In this document: positions 39,370 through 48,667 of the stretch, piece after piece
Numbering within the stretch: the stretch's first letter is position 1
How the letters are laid out: every line of letters begins with the position of its first letter
IMG/VR virus record: IMGVR_UViG_3300023170_004399
Span: 32,001 to 96,000 of that record
From: a virus
Taxonomy: Duplodnaviria; Caudoviricetes
Strand: one strand, 5' to 3'
DNA length: 64,000 bases
Notes under the pieces: generated by a model
The model's input: only the letters and a program-made list of their open reading frames with translations
Told to the model about the DNA's origin: nothing
Database searches by the model: none
Translations under genes and position numbers: made by a program

Positions 39370-39624
39370 TTACCTAATAAATTTTTTAAATATTTGAGTT
39401 AGTTTTTTAATTGCACTTTTTTCAATTTGACAGATGCGCATTCTAGTAAGTCCATGTAAATCCCCTATTTCCTGTAAAGTACGAGGCCCATCTTTGGCCG
39501 CAACTATTGCGCAATTTAATTTACTACTACAATTTAACCAGTTCCTGCACTTTTTGTTTTCGCAGGCCTTGTTTAATGTTTCGCATGAAGAAAAACATGT
39601 TTTTTGTTCTCTATTGTGACTCAT
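39370..39624 (-). CDS. Stand-alone sigma-70 region-4 HTH protein with Cys-rich N-terminus
   Basis: PRTLQEIGDLHGLTRMRICQIEKSAIKKL matches sigma region 4.2; six Cys upstream; ATG at 39624 with GGAG SD. Confidence 0.75.
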   Translation of the reverse strand: MSHNREQKTCFSSCETLNKACENKKCRNWLNCSSKLNCAIVAAKDGPRTLQEIGDLHGLTRMRICQIEKSAIKKLTQIFKKFIR

Positions 39625-39690
39625 TACAACTCCATAAAAATAATATATTATATTATACAATAAACCTAACATATTTCTAAAGGTAAAAAA

Positions 39691-40989
39691 ATGACAAGAA
39701 AAACTTTTATATTAGATACATCAGTAATGTTGTATGACAAGCAATCAATCCACGCTTTTATTGGGAACAATATTGTTTTGCCATTAGTTGTTTTAGAAGA
39801 GTTAGATAAGTTTAAAGACAGAAGAGGCCTAGTTGGTGATAATGCTAGATATGTAAATAGATTTTTAGATCAAATGAGACATGCACCCAAAAATGGCACA
39901 GGATGGAAGATAGATGAAGTGCATGATATTTGGTTTAAGTTTGAAACAGACCCAAAAATACATGATCAAGTACCTGAAGGTTTTGACTATGGTTATAATG
40001 ACAATGTTATAATTGGTTGTGCTTTGTTTCTAAAACTGCATAGTGCAACCAATGATGTTATAAGAGTTATCACTAAAGATATTAATCTTCGTGTAAAATG
40101 CGATGCCGTAGGTGTTGATGTTGCTGATTACGTAAAAGATAGAATTTCAACTGACGTCGATACATTTAAAGGCTTTAATAGCATAGACTTGACATGTGAG
40201 CAAATAGATCAGTTTTATAAACAAGGTCATATTGAAACAGAACACAAGCTAAACGAAAACCATTTTGTCGTTGGCACATCATCTCAAAACTCAATGTTAG
40301 GCATATATAAAAAAGGCCAAGTAAATAGATTAAAATACAAAATGGATTCTTTAATACAAGTTGAACCAAGAAATTCTGAACAAAGATTTGCTATAGAAGC
40401 CCTGCTTGATCCTCAAATACCACTAGTGACATTAACTGGGTTAGCTGGTTCTGGTAAAACATTTTTAGCATTGATGGCTGGTATGTTAGGCGTAAAAGAT
40501 GGAAAATCGGGTGATTATGAAAGATTGTTAGTTACGAGAACATTACAACCAGTAGGAAAAGATTTAGGTTATTTGCCTGGTTCTATGGATGAAAAAATGG
40601 CCCCATGGATGATGCCTATCTTAGATAACGTACGAGTTGCTTTTAAAGACACTAGTTTTTTTAAAATGCAGATGGCTTCTGGTGTTATTGAGGTTGCTCC
40701 TATTCCTTACATACGTGGTAGAACATTTAATAATAGTTTCATGATAGTAGATGAAGCACAGAACGCTACAATACATGAATTAAAGACTATCATCACACGG
40801 ATGGGTACAGGTTCTAAAATAGTATTACTGGGTGACATCGACCAAATCGACACACCATATATTGATCGACAAAGTTCTGGTTTGAGCATAGTTATAGATA
40901 AATTTCAAGATAGCACACTTGCCGCGCACGTTAATTTGTCAAAAGGGCAAAGGTCTGATTTGGCCAGTGTAGCTTCAACAATATTGTAG
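39691..40989 (+). CDS. phoH: PhoH-family protein (PIN domain plus PhoH ATPase, YlaK/PhoH2 type)
   Basis: ILDTSV, EELDKFK and NDNVII PIN motifs; GLAGSGKT, RGRTF, IVDEAQN and GDIDQID. Confidence 0.9.
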   Translation: MTRKTFILDTSVMLYDKQSIHAFIGNNIVLPLVVLEELDKFKDRRGLVGDNARYVNRFLDQMRHAPKNGTGWKIDEVHDIWFKFETDPKIHDQVPEGFDYGYNDNVIIGCALFLKLHSATNDVIRVITKDINLRVKCDAVGVDVADYVKDRISTDVDTFKGFNSIDLTCEQIDQFYKQGHIETEHKLNENHFVVGTSSQNSMLGIYKKGQVNRLKYKMDSLIQVEPRNSEQRFAIEALLDPQIPLVTLTGLAGSGKTFLALMAGMLGVKDGKSGDYERLLVTRTLQPVGKDLGYLPGSMDEKMAPWMMPILDNVRVAFKDTSFFKMQMASGVIEVAPIPYIRGRTFNNSFMIVDEAQNATIHELKTIITRMGTGSKIVLLGDIDQIDTPYIDRQSSGLSIVIDKFQDSTLAAHVNLSKGQRSDLASVASTIL

Positions 40990-40998
40990 AGATAGTAA

Positions 40999-41301
40999 AT
41001 GCCAATAAGATATGACAAAAACAGACACAGAAAAATATATCCAATTAATAGAAAAACACCCGTATATGTTGCAACTTCGACGGTCGCTGGTGTTCAAATA
41101 GAAACTGCAACAGTGTCTTTTTCTAGCAGCAGCAGTGAAACATATACTTTTACTGAGAGTTACAGCGCGGTACCAATAGTAACTGCAACAGCTGATAACA
41201 ACATTAATGTATATATTTCAGCTATAGATACTAGTACTGTCACAATATCAGTTTCTGAATCTTTTACTGGCAATGTTTATTTGCAAATAACCGCGAGTTA
41301 G
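40999..41301 (+). CDS. Small beta-rich virion-type protein
   Basis: Ser/Thr-rich; shares NINV..SESFTGNVY with the next ORF. Confidence 0.55.
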   Translation: MPIRYDKNRHRKIYPINRKTPVYVATSTVAGVQIETATVSFSSSSSETYTFTESYSAVPIVTATADNNINVYISAIDTSTVTISVSESFTGNVYLQITAS

Positions 41302-41305
41302 TAAT

Positions 41306-41503
41306 ATGGCAACAAAATCATCAATAACATCAGAAGGTAAAATTACCTTTACTAATTCAAACAGTGAAGCTTTACCGGTAAGCTTAGGCAGTAATACTTT
41401 AATTTTAACAGTGTACGGTGATAATGTAAATGTGTGGTATGAATCCGGGAATGTAAGAACATCAGAGCTATTTACTGGCGAAGTATACTACAGAGTAGTT
41501 TAG
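41306..41503 (+). CDS. Small beta-rich virion-type protein, paralogue of 40999-41301
   Basis: NVNV..SELFTGEVY. Confidence 0.55.
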   Translation: MATKSSITSEGKITFTNSNSEALPVSLGSNTLILTVYGDNVNVWYESGNVRTSELFTGEVYYRVV

Positions 41504-41513
41504 GAGAACAAAG

Positions 41514-44090
41514 ATGAGTAATTTTAAGGCAAGTGGATTAAACGTTAGCGGAGATGCTAGTGTAACGGGGTCAATACATTTAATAGCTGCAGAAAGTAAT
41601 ACTACTTTATTAAATTTTGAAATGGACACTAACAACTATGATACAATATTGTATAGATGTGGCCAAGGTAATGGTTTTGGTTTTAATTTAGTATATTCAG
41701 GAAGCGGTAGTGGAAATAACAACACATTTGTAATTGAGGCTGATAATCAAGATTCTGATGGCCAAATAAATGCTTTAAAAATATTTCAAGATGGTGATGT
41801 ACAGTTTGCGCAAAAAATAATTGCTCAGGAGTATATACATTTCCGCGGACAGGAAGATGTTGCTTATCCTTTTATATATTCTGGCGCAAGTACCTTCTTG
41901 AATGTCGATGGTAATGACTATTTAAATTTACATGGTGACGTACGTGTTAGTACGCAGGGTAGATTTGTGCACAATCCCGGAGATATGGATTTTGATTTTT
42001 TAGTAAATACTGACGATGAAATAGGATTTTTTTTCATAGATGCGAATGATAATTCTATAATACTTGGCCATAAGGAGTTTACTGATGAATTAACAGCAAA
42101 TGCAGCTGCAGTCACCGGTTATGGTGCTGATGTAAATATAATGTTGTCTGGTTCCGCTGGCTCAAAGGATAGTGAAAATCGTGGTACCACGTTAATTTCT
42201 GGCGACCTTGTTGTTTCTGGCACTGTGTACAATGGCGATGGTGTATCGTTTACTGCAGGTGGCGATATTAGTAGCGTTGTTGCAGGTGCAGGTTTAACTG
42301 GTGGCGGACTAACTGGAGATGTGACTTTAAACGTTGGTGAGGGTGATGGAATAACAGTTGCAGCGAACGAAATTTCTGTTGATTTAACACCAGATTCAGG
42401 GCTACATGTTGATAGTTCCGGATTAACAATTGACAATTCAGTTGTTGCTACTTTGACCGGTTCACAATTTAGCGGAAATGTTGGTATCACTGGCTCTTTA
42501 AGCATTGGTAATGATGTGCTTATCGATAATAATAACAGAATATACTTTAACGGCACTGCAACAAATCAATACATATATGGTGCCGGTACTAGCATGTATA
42601 TTGATGGTGACAACGTTGTTAGTTTAAGTGCTGATGTAAATATAAACTTAAATGCCGGTGCCAGTAGTATTAATTTTGTGACTATTGGAAGTAGTAAAAC
42701 CGAATTTAATACATCTCTGCAGCCTTATAATTTTGAAGTTAATACAGATACTTCTTTTGCTACTCTTTTTGTTGATGGTACTGATGAGACGGTAATTTTA
42801 GGTCATGAAAGCTTTGATGCATCTCCTGCAGCATCAGAAGTCGATGGCTATGGAGACGATGTAAAAATTATGTTGTCAGGTTCAGCGGGTTCCAAAGATA
42901 CCTCAACAAGGGGAGTTGTCCTTGTTCCGGGTGATTTTGTTGTTTCTGGTACTATATATGATGGCACTGGTGCTAGTTATTCTACTGGTGGAGGTGGGGG
43001 ATCTGGTGACATTACTTCTGTTGTTGCAGGTACAGGTTTAACTGGTGGTGGTTTAACTGGCGATGTAACTTTAAACGTTGATGATTCTGTTGTTGCCACT
43101 TTGACCGGTTCACAATTTAGTGGAAATGTTGGAATTGCAGGGTCACTAGAAGTTGAAGGTGATCTTAGTTTAGTAGCTAATTCTAGATTAAGATTAAACA
43201 ACCCCGGGGAAAATGATCAATATATTTATGGTAACAATTCTACTTTAAATATTGATGGAGATAACATAGTTACATTAAGCGCTGATAATAATATAAACTT
43301 AAATGCCGGTGCCAGTAGTATTAATTTTGTGACTATTGGAAGTAGTAAAACCGAATTTAATACATCTCTACAACCTTACAATTTTGAAGTTAATACAGAT
43401 AATTACTTTGCTACTCTTTTTGTTGATGGTACTGATGAGACAGTAATTTTAGGTCATGAGGGTTTTGATAGTTCTCCTGCAGCATCAGAAGTCGAAGGTT
43501 ATGGAGATGATGTAAAAATTATGTTGTCAGGTACTGTTGGTTCAAAAGATAGTACTGACAGAGGCGTTGTATTAGTATCAGGCGATTTAGTCGTATCTGG
43601 TACTATATATGATAGCGCAGGCTTTGGCGCCTCTAAATTTTTAGAAAGAGGTGCTTGTCAGATATCTAGTGCCACTTCAAACAATGATAGACTTTACCTT
43701 CCAGAAGATAGTTTAACTGAAAGTACAAGTATTAGTTATTATCATTCATTTGTTGCTCCTGGGTCAGGGAGCATTGAAAAATTAATAATTAGATCATGGG
43801 GATCCGCTGCAGCAACAAACTTAGCTGCAGTTGGTGCACTTACGGGATCTGTTCACATAGGTAATGCTGGCACTGATGCTGCACTCATTGAAACTGGGTA
43901 TGATTCTATAGAAGAAGTTATTGTTGAAGATGCAGATGTTACCGGAGACACAAATGTTATTTTTAATTTTGTTGAATCTGATTTTGGCCCCGGAGATGTT
44001 TTTGCCATTGGGCTTAAACCAGACAACCTTTGGAACACCGGTGGAACAATAAGTTTATCTTTTACAATTGTTGGTTCATTAAAACAATAA
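41514..44090 (+). CDS. Tail-fibre-like structural protein with three internal ~217-240-aa repeats
   Basis: Repeated IMLSG.AGSKD..RG..L..GD.VVSGT and GDI.SVVAG.GLTGGGLTGDVTLNV units. Confidence 0.65.
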   Translation: MSNFKASGLNVSGDASVTGSIHLIAAESNTTLLNFEMDTNNYDTILYRCGQGNGFGFNLVYSGSGSGNNNTFVIEADNQDSDGQINALKIFQDGDVQFAQKIIAQEYIHFRGQEDVAYPFIYSGASTFLNVDGNDYLNLHGDVRVSTQGRFVHNPGDMDFDFLVNTDDEIGFFFIDANDNSIILGHKEFTDELTANAAAVTGYGADVNIMLSGSAGSKDSENRGTTLISGDLVVSGTVYNGDGVSFTAGGDISSVVAGAGLTGGGLTGDVTLNVGEGDGITVAANEISVDLTPDSGLHVDSSGLTIDNSVVATLTGSQFSGNVGITGSLSIGNDVLIDNNNRIYFNGTATNQYIYGAGTSMYIDGDNVVSLSADVNINLNAGASSINFVTIGSSKTEFNTSLQPYNFEVNTDTSFATLFVDGTDETVILGHESFDASPAASEVDGYGDDVKIMLSGSAGSKDTSTRGVVLVPGDFVVSGTIYDGTGASYSTGGGGGSGDITSVVAGTGLTGGGLTGDVTLNVDDSVVATLTGSQFSGNVGIAGSLEVEGDLSLVANSRLRLNNPGENDQYIYGNNSTLNIDGDNIVTLSADNNINLNAGASSINFVTIGSSKTEFNTSLQPYNFEVNTDNYFATLFVDGTDETVILGHEGFDSSPAASEVEGYGDDVKIMLSGTVGSKDSTDRGVVLVSGDLVVSGTIYDSAGFGASKFLERGACQISSATSNNDRLYLPEDSLTESTSISYYHSFVAPGSGSIEKLIIRSWGSAAATNLAAVGALTGSVHIGNAGTDAALIETGYDSIEEVIVEDADVTGDTNVIFNFVESDFGPGDVFAIGLKPDNLWNTGGTISLSFTIVGSLKQ
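42639..43369 (+). repeat. Intragenic tandem duplication, 651-nt period; 80-nt identical core at 42639-42718 and 43290-43369
   Basis: Direct nucleotide comparison; high identity continues downstream of the core. Confidence 0.85.
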
Positions 44091-44157
44091 TTGACATTTT
44101 TATTTTACATCCTGAGATATGAGACATAATTCCTTTATGTAGAAATAAGGGGGTAAA

Positions 44158-46086
44158 ATGTTTACTAGTAACATGTTTCAACAAGACAAGTTAATTGAAA
44201 GGGATATTGATTTAGTTTTTGTTGCTGATTTATTTGTTGAGGATTATATAGGTGGAGCTGAGTTAACTACGCAAGCCTTAATAGATAGTGCTGAAACTCA
44301 TGGGATAAAAGTGCAAAAAATACATTCTCATGAGGTTACATTAAAAACTCTAGAATCCGGCTCGAACAAATTTTGGGTTTTTGGCAATTTTTCTAATTTC
44401 AACCAACAATTAATCCCTACAGTCGTTGGTAATATTAATTATTCTTTGTTAGAATATGATTATAAATTTTGTAAATATAGATCAGTAGAAAAGCATGCTG
44501 ACGCAGAAGGTGTAGATTGCAATTGTAGTAATGAACAACAAGGCAAATTGATATCTGCTTTTTTTCATGGTGCAAGAACTGTTTTTTATATGAGTGAAAA
44601 ACAAAAAGATTTGTATTTCCAAAAATTCCCATTTTTTGAAAAAGACGAAGGAGCTAAACATTTAGTACTATCTTCAGTGTTTGATGACAATTTTTTTGCA
44701 ACAGTTAAAAAATTAAATGAAAAACACAAAGGGAAGAAAAGAAGTGGGTGGCTTGTATTAGGTTCATCTAGTTGGATAAAAGGTACTGATGATGCTATTA
44801 AGTGGTGCAATGATAATAATAAAGATTTTAAGGTTTTACAAGGTTTGCCAGTTGACGTTGTATTAGAAGAAATGGCGACTGCGGAAGGTATTGTTTACTT
44901 ACCAAAAGGTAATGATACTTGCCCTAGAATTATTATTGAAGCACAAATGTTAGGCTGTGAGCTTGTAATGAATGATAAGGTTCAACATGCTACTGAATTT
45001 CCTTTTAAAGATGGAAGCTATGAAGATTTAGAAGTATATCTTTACACTAGAAGAGAGTTTTTCTGGGAAACAATAAAGGGTGACATGAATTGGCAACCAA
45101 AAATCTCTGGATACACTACAACATACAATTGTATCGAAGGTGGCTATCCATTTGAGGAATGTATAAAGTCTCTAGTAGGTTTTTGCACAGAAATAGTTGT
45201 AATGGATGGTGGATCAAATGATGGAACATTTGAAAAATTAGTTGAAATGCAATCTATAGAACCTAAAATTAGGATATTCCAACATAAAGTAGACTATAAT
45301 CATCCTAGATTTGCTGTGCAAGATGGTTTGCAAAAAGCGAGAGCTAGAGAAAAATGCACTCAAGCTTTTTGTTGGCAAATAGATAGTGATGAGATTGTGC
45401 ATGAAGATCATCATGTTTCTATATTCAAACTTTGTCGACAATTTCCAAAAATGATTGATTTAATAGCACTTCCAGTTATAGAATACTGGGGGTCAGATGA
45501 AAAAGTAAGAATAGATGTTAATCCTTGGAAATGGAGGCTTTCTAGAAATAAGCCAAACATTACACACGGTATACCAGCCGAGCTGCGCAGATTTGATGAT
45601 AATGGTGACCTATATTCTGCACCTGGCACTGATGGTTGTGATTATATCGATAAAGAAACTTACCAAAGAATTCCACATGCATCATTTTATACAGAGCAAG
45701 TGCATCAAGTAAGAATGGCAGCTTTAGGTGGCAATAAAGATTTACAAGAAAATTATGAAAAGTGGTTTAATCAGTTAGTTAAAAACATGCCGGGTGTATT
45801 TCATTACTCGTGGTTTGATTTAGAAAGAAAAATAAAAACATATAAAACTTATTGGTCAAAACATTGGCAAAGTATGTATAATATAACGCAAGAAGACACA
45901 GTTGAAAATAACATGTTTTTTGATAAAAAGTGGGAAGATGTTACTGATCAAGATATTAAAGAAATGGCAGCTAAATTAAAAGATGAAATGGGCGGATGGG
46001 TTTTTCATCAAAAAATAGATTTTAATCGTAAAACTCCGCACTTACATGTAGAATTAAAACAACCTAAATGGATGATAGATGGATAA
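44158..46086 (+). CDS. Two-domain glycosyltransferase (GT-B/GT4-like N-terminus plus GT2-like C-terminus)
   Basis: DTCPRIIIEAQMLGC; SGYTTTYN..VVMDGGSNDGT..QIDSDE. Confidence 0.75.
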   Translation: MFTSNMFQQDKLIERDIDLVFVADLFVEDYIGGAELTTQALIDSAETHGIKVQKIHSHEVTLKTLESGSNKFWVFGNFSNFNQQLIPTVVGNINYSLLEYDYKFCKYRSVEKHADAEGVDCNCSNEQQGKLISAFFHGARTVFYMSEKQKDLYFQKFPFFEKDEGAKHLVLSSVFDDNFFATVKKLNEKHKGKKRSGWLVLGSSSWIKGTDDAIKWCNDNNKDFKVLQGLPVDVVLEEMATAEGIVYLPKGNDTCPRIIIEAQMLGCELVMNDKVQHATEFPFKDGSYEDLEVYLYTRREFFWETIKGDMNWQPKISGYTTTYNCIEGGYPFEECIKSLVGFCTEIVVMDGGSNDGTFEKLVEMQSIEPKIRIFQHKVDYNHPRFAVQDGLQKARAREKCTQAFCWQIDSDEIVHEDHHVSIFKLCRQFPKMIDLIALPVIEYWGSDEKVRIDVNPWKWRLSRNKPNITHGIPAELRRFDDNGDLYSAPGTDGCDYIDKETYQRIPHASFYTEQVHQVRMAALGGNKDLQENYEKWFNQLVKNMPGVFHYSWFDLERKIKTYKTYWSKHWQSMYNITQEDTVENNMFFDKKWEDVTDQDIKEMAAKLKDEMGGWVFHQKIDFNRKTPHLHVELKQPKWMIDG

Positions 46087-46828
46087 CGTAAAAATATGTG
46101 TTGCTATTTGTAATTACAATCATTTGAAATATTTGGCTGATTCTATAAAATCAATACAAAATCAAACACATAAAAACTTAGATATATGTGTAATTGATGA
46201 CTGTTCTGAAAATCAAAAAGAAGTTAAGTTACTAGTAGAATCTTTTATGATGTCAGATGAACGTATTAGATTAATATTACACAGCGAGAATAAAGGTAAG
46301 TGGCACTGTTTAAATGAAGCATATAGGACGACTGATGCACAAGTGTGTACTTCTAATGATGCGGATGATGTTTCACTTAAAGAAAGATTAGAAGTACAAC
46401 TAAAATGCATGATAGCCACAAAGACTATACACAACTTATGTACGCATTTAGATTTTTTTGATGATGATGAGTTAAAAATGTATAATGAAAATTATGAATT
46501 TAAGCATGAAAAAATAGAAGTTATACAACCTGAAGTTGTAAAAAATCTAGTTTTACAAGGTTATCAGATAAAATATAAAATGGGGTTAGGTTTAAATCAC
46601 TATTTTGTTGGTAAATATCAAACGACCGGTGCTTCTGCTATGTTTGATAGAGAAATATGGTTGCAAGGCATTAGATTTAACCCACCAGAGCAGGATCTAA
46701 GAGTATTGGTAAGCGAAGATTCTGATTTTAATTTTAGATGCACAGCACTTCTGGGAAAGACTTCTGTCGTAAATTTACCCCTTTATTTATATCGCAGAAA
46801 CACTAGCACTAACGAGGAAAAAATATAA
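46079..46828 (+). CDS. GT2 family glycosyltransferase
   Basis: ICNYNH..SIQNQT..VIDDCS..NDADD, SEDSDF and LYLYRR. Confidence 0.85.
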   Translation: MDNVKICVAICNYNHLKYLADSIKSIQNQTHKNLDICVIDDCSENQKEVKLLVESFMMSDERIRLILHSENKGKWHCLNEAYRTTDAQVCTSNDADDVSLKERLEVQLKCMIATKTIHNLCTHLDFFDDDELKMYNENYEFKHEKIEVIQPEVVKNLVLQGYQIKYKMGLGLNHYFVGKYQTTGASAMFDREIWLQGIRFNPPEQDLRVLVSEDSDFNFRCTALLGKTSVVNLPLYLYRRNTSTNEEKI

Positions 46829-47580
46829 TGAGCGTTAAGATGAAAATAGTTGTTCCTACTTATAATACGGAACATTGGATACAAAGGTGCATTCGTAGTA
46901 TTGCTGCACAGTCTTATAAGAATTTTGAATGTGTGATAATAAACGACTGTTCAACTGATAATACAGGGCACATGATTGATCAGTGTAAAGAAATACAAGG
47001 TGATCCAAGATTTAAAATTGTTCACAATAAAGAAAATGTTAAGGCATTAAAAAATATTGTTGACGGTTTCAACATGTTAAATGCAAAGGAAGAACCTGAA
47101 TCTGTGCTAATGGCTATTGATGGTGATGATTTTTTATACAGTTCAGAGTCTCTTACAGTAGTTGCCCAGTATTATGCGCAACTAAAACCTCTTTTGACTT
47201 ATGGAAATTGGGTTGGGTGGCCGCATGGTACTCATTCTAATAATCGACCTATACCGGATCATGTGCACAATAGGAGAAATTACAGAGATTTGCCTTTTGC
47301 TTTTTCACATTTGCGCACTTTTAAAAGTAAGCTTTGGTACAACATTAAAGATGAAGATTTAAGAGGTCAAGATGGCAAGTATTTTGAATCTGGTTGGGAC
47401 GTTGCTTTTATGTTACCAATGATAGAAATGGCAGGCAAAAGAACTGTTATGATCCCAAATGTTCTATATTGTTATAACATGGTTAATCCTATAAGTGATT
47501 GTAAAATTAGGGGACAACAGCAGATTAGCATTGATAACTATATAAGGACAAAAAAACAGTACAATTTGTTAGGGGGTTAA
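46828..47580 (+). CDS. GT2 family glycosyltransferase
   Basis: VVPTYN..SIAAQSY..INDCSTD..IDGDDFL. Confidence 0.85.
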   Translation: MSVKMKIVVPTYNTEHWIQRCIRSIAAQSYKNFECVIINDCSTDNTGHMIDQCKEIQGDPRFKIVHNKENVKALKNIVDGFNMLNAKEEPESVLMAIDGDDFLYSSESLTVVAQYYAQLKPLLTYGNWVGWPHGTHSNNRPIPDHVHNRRNYRDLPFAFSHLRTFKSKLWYNIKDEDLRGQDGKYFESGWDVAFMLPMIEMAGKRTVMIPNVLYCYNMVNPISDCKIRGQQQISIDNYIRTKKQYNLLGG

Positions 47581-47581
47581 G

Positions 47582-48664
47582 ATGAATAACGCATACACAG
47601 AGTGGAATAATATTACTAGTCAATTATTTGATTCTTATATTTTAAAATATGAACTTCAAGAAATTATATATACTAACAACTATGTTTTATATGATGCTGA
47701 TAATATTAAAATTGACAGTATTAATAATAAATTTGCAAACGTTGCTGATATATGTGTAATTGTACCTTTTTTTGGTCGTTTCCAACATGTTGTCAACACA
47801 TGTCAATCAATAATAGATGCTGCTGCAAAAACTAAATTAAATATTGAGCTAGTACTAATAGAAAAAGCTGATACCCAAGAAGATTTAAAAGCACATAATT
47901 TTTTTGCTTATTCAAGATTTAACATGATGCCAAAAAATTTACAATTTTTCTGTATACAAAAAGTGCATGCAAACTATAAATCAAAAGGTTTGTTAATGAA
48001 TTTGGGCGCACTACTTCGGCCGAATGCAAAATATTATTTAGTACACGATAGTGATATCATTGTTCAGTCTAGTTTTTTTAACAAAATACAAAAAAATATT
48101 GAACGTAGAGGTGAAGTAAATTTTATGCAACCTTATAGTAATAATAGAATATTGTTGACTACTCCGATGTTAGCGGAAATGTACTTTACAAATATTATAA
48201 GTAATGATGATTTAAATGAAAAAATGCCTGGTGTTTTTGTAAATAAAAACTGGTATCAAAAACAATATTCTTATGGTGGTTCCGTGCTAATTTCAAATAA
48301 AGCATATTACGGTGTTGGTGGGTTTGATGATCAAATTTTCTGGACTTGGGGTGCTGAAGATATAATGTTTTGGACAAAACTAATAGATAAATATGGCCAA
48401 CCAATATATGCTGATTATGACATAAACATGTTTCACATTTATCATCCACCATCAATTAATGAACAAACTTCACAGGGTGATTTTTTAAATAAAATGTTTA
48501 CTTTGTCAGAAAAAATGTGGAACATGTATCAAAATATTGATCTTAACTCTAGGCTAAATTATATTAATAAAAAATCAAAATTTTTATCTAAATATAAAAA
48601 CTTAGACATTGACATAAAAGATGCTATTTTTAAATTTAAAAAAATTAGCAGCAGGAGATTATAG
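47582..48664 (+). CDS. GT7-like (galactosyltransferase-type) glycosyltransferase
   Basis: KGLLMNLG, VHDSDI and GGFDDQIFWTWGAED. Confidence 0.7.
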   Translation: MNNAYTEWNNITSQLFDSYILKYELQEIIYTNNYVLYDADNIKIDSINNKFANVADICVIVPFFGRFQHVVNTCQSIIDAAAKTKLNIELVLIEKADTQEDLKAHNFFAYSRFNMMPKNLQFFCIQKVHANYKSKGLLMNLGALLRPNAKYYLVHDSDIIVQSSFFNKIQKNIERRGEVNFMQPYSNNRILLTTPMLAEMYFTNIISNDDLNEKMPGVFVNKNWYQKQYSYGGSVLISNKAYYGVGGFDDQIFWTWGAEDIMFWTKLIDKYGQPIYADYDINMFHIYHPPSINEQTSQGDFLNKMFTLSEKMWNMYQNIDLNSRLNYINKKSKFLSKYKNLDIDIKDAIFKFKKISSRRL

Positions 48665-48667
48665 ATC

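Noticed and set aside
33038-41503. Stop-codon reassignment as seen in some large phages
   Set aside because: Conserved genes are full length in code 11. TAG ends spoVR, phoH and the small structural genes just before new starts, and TGA is used in ATGA overlaps.
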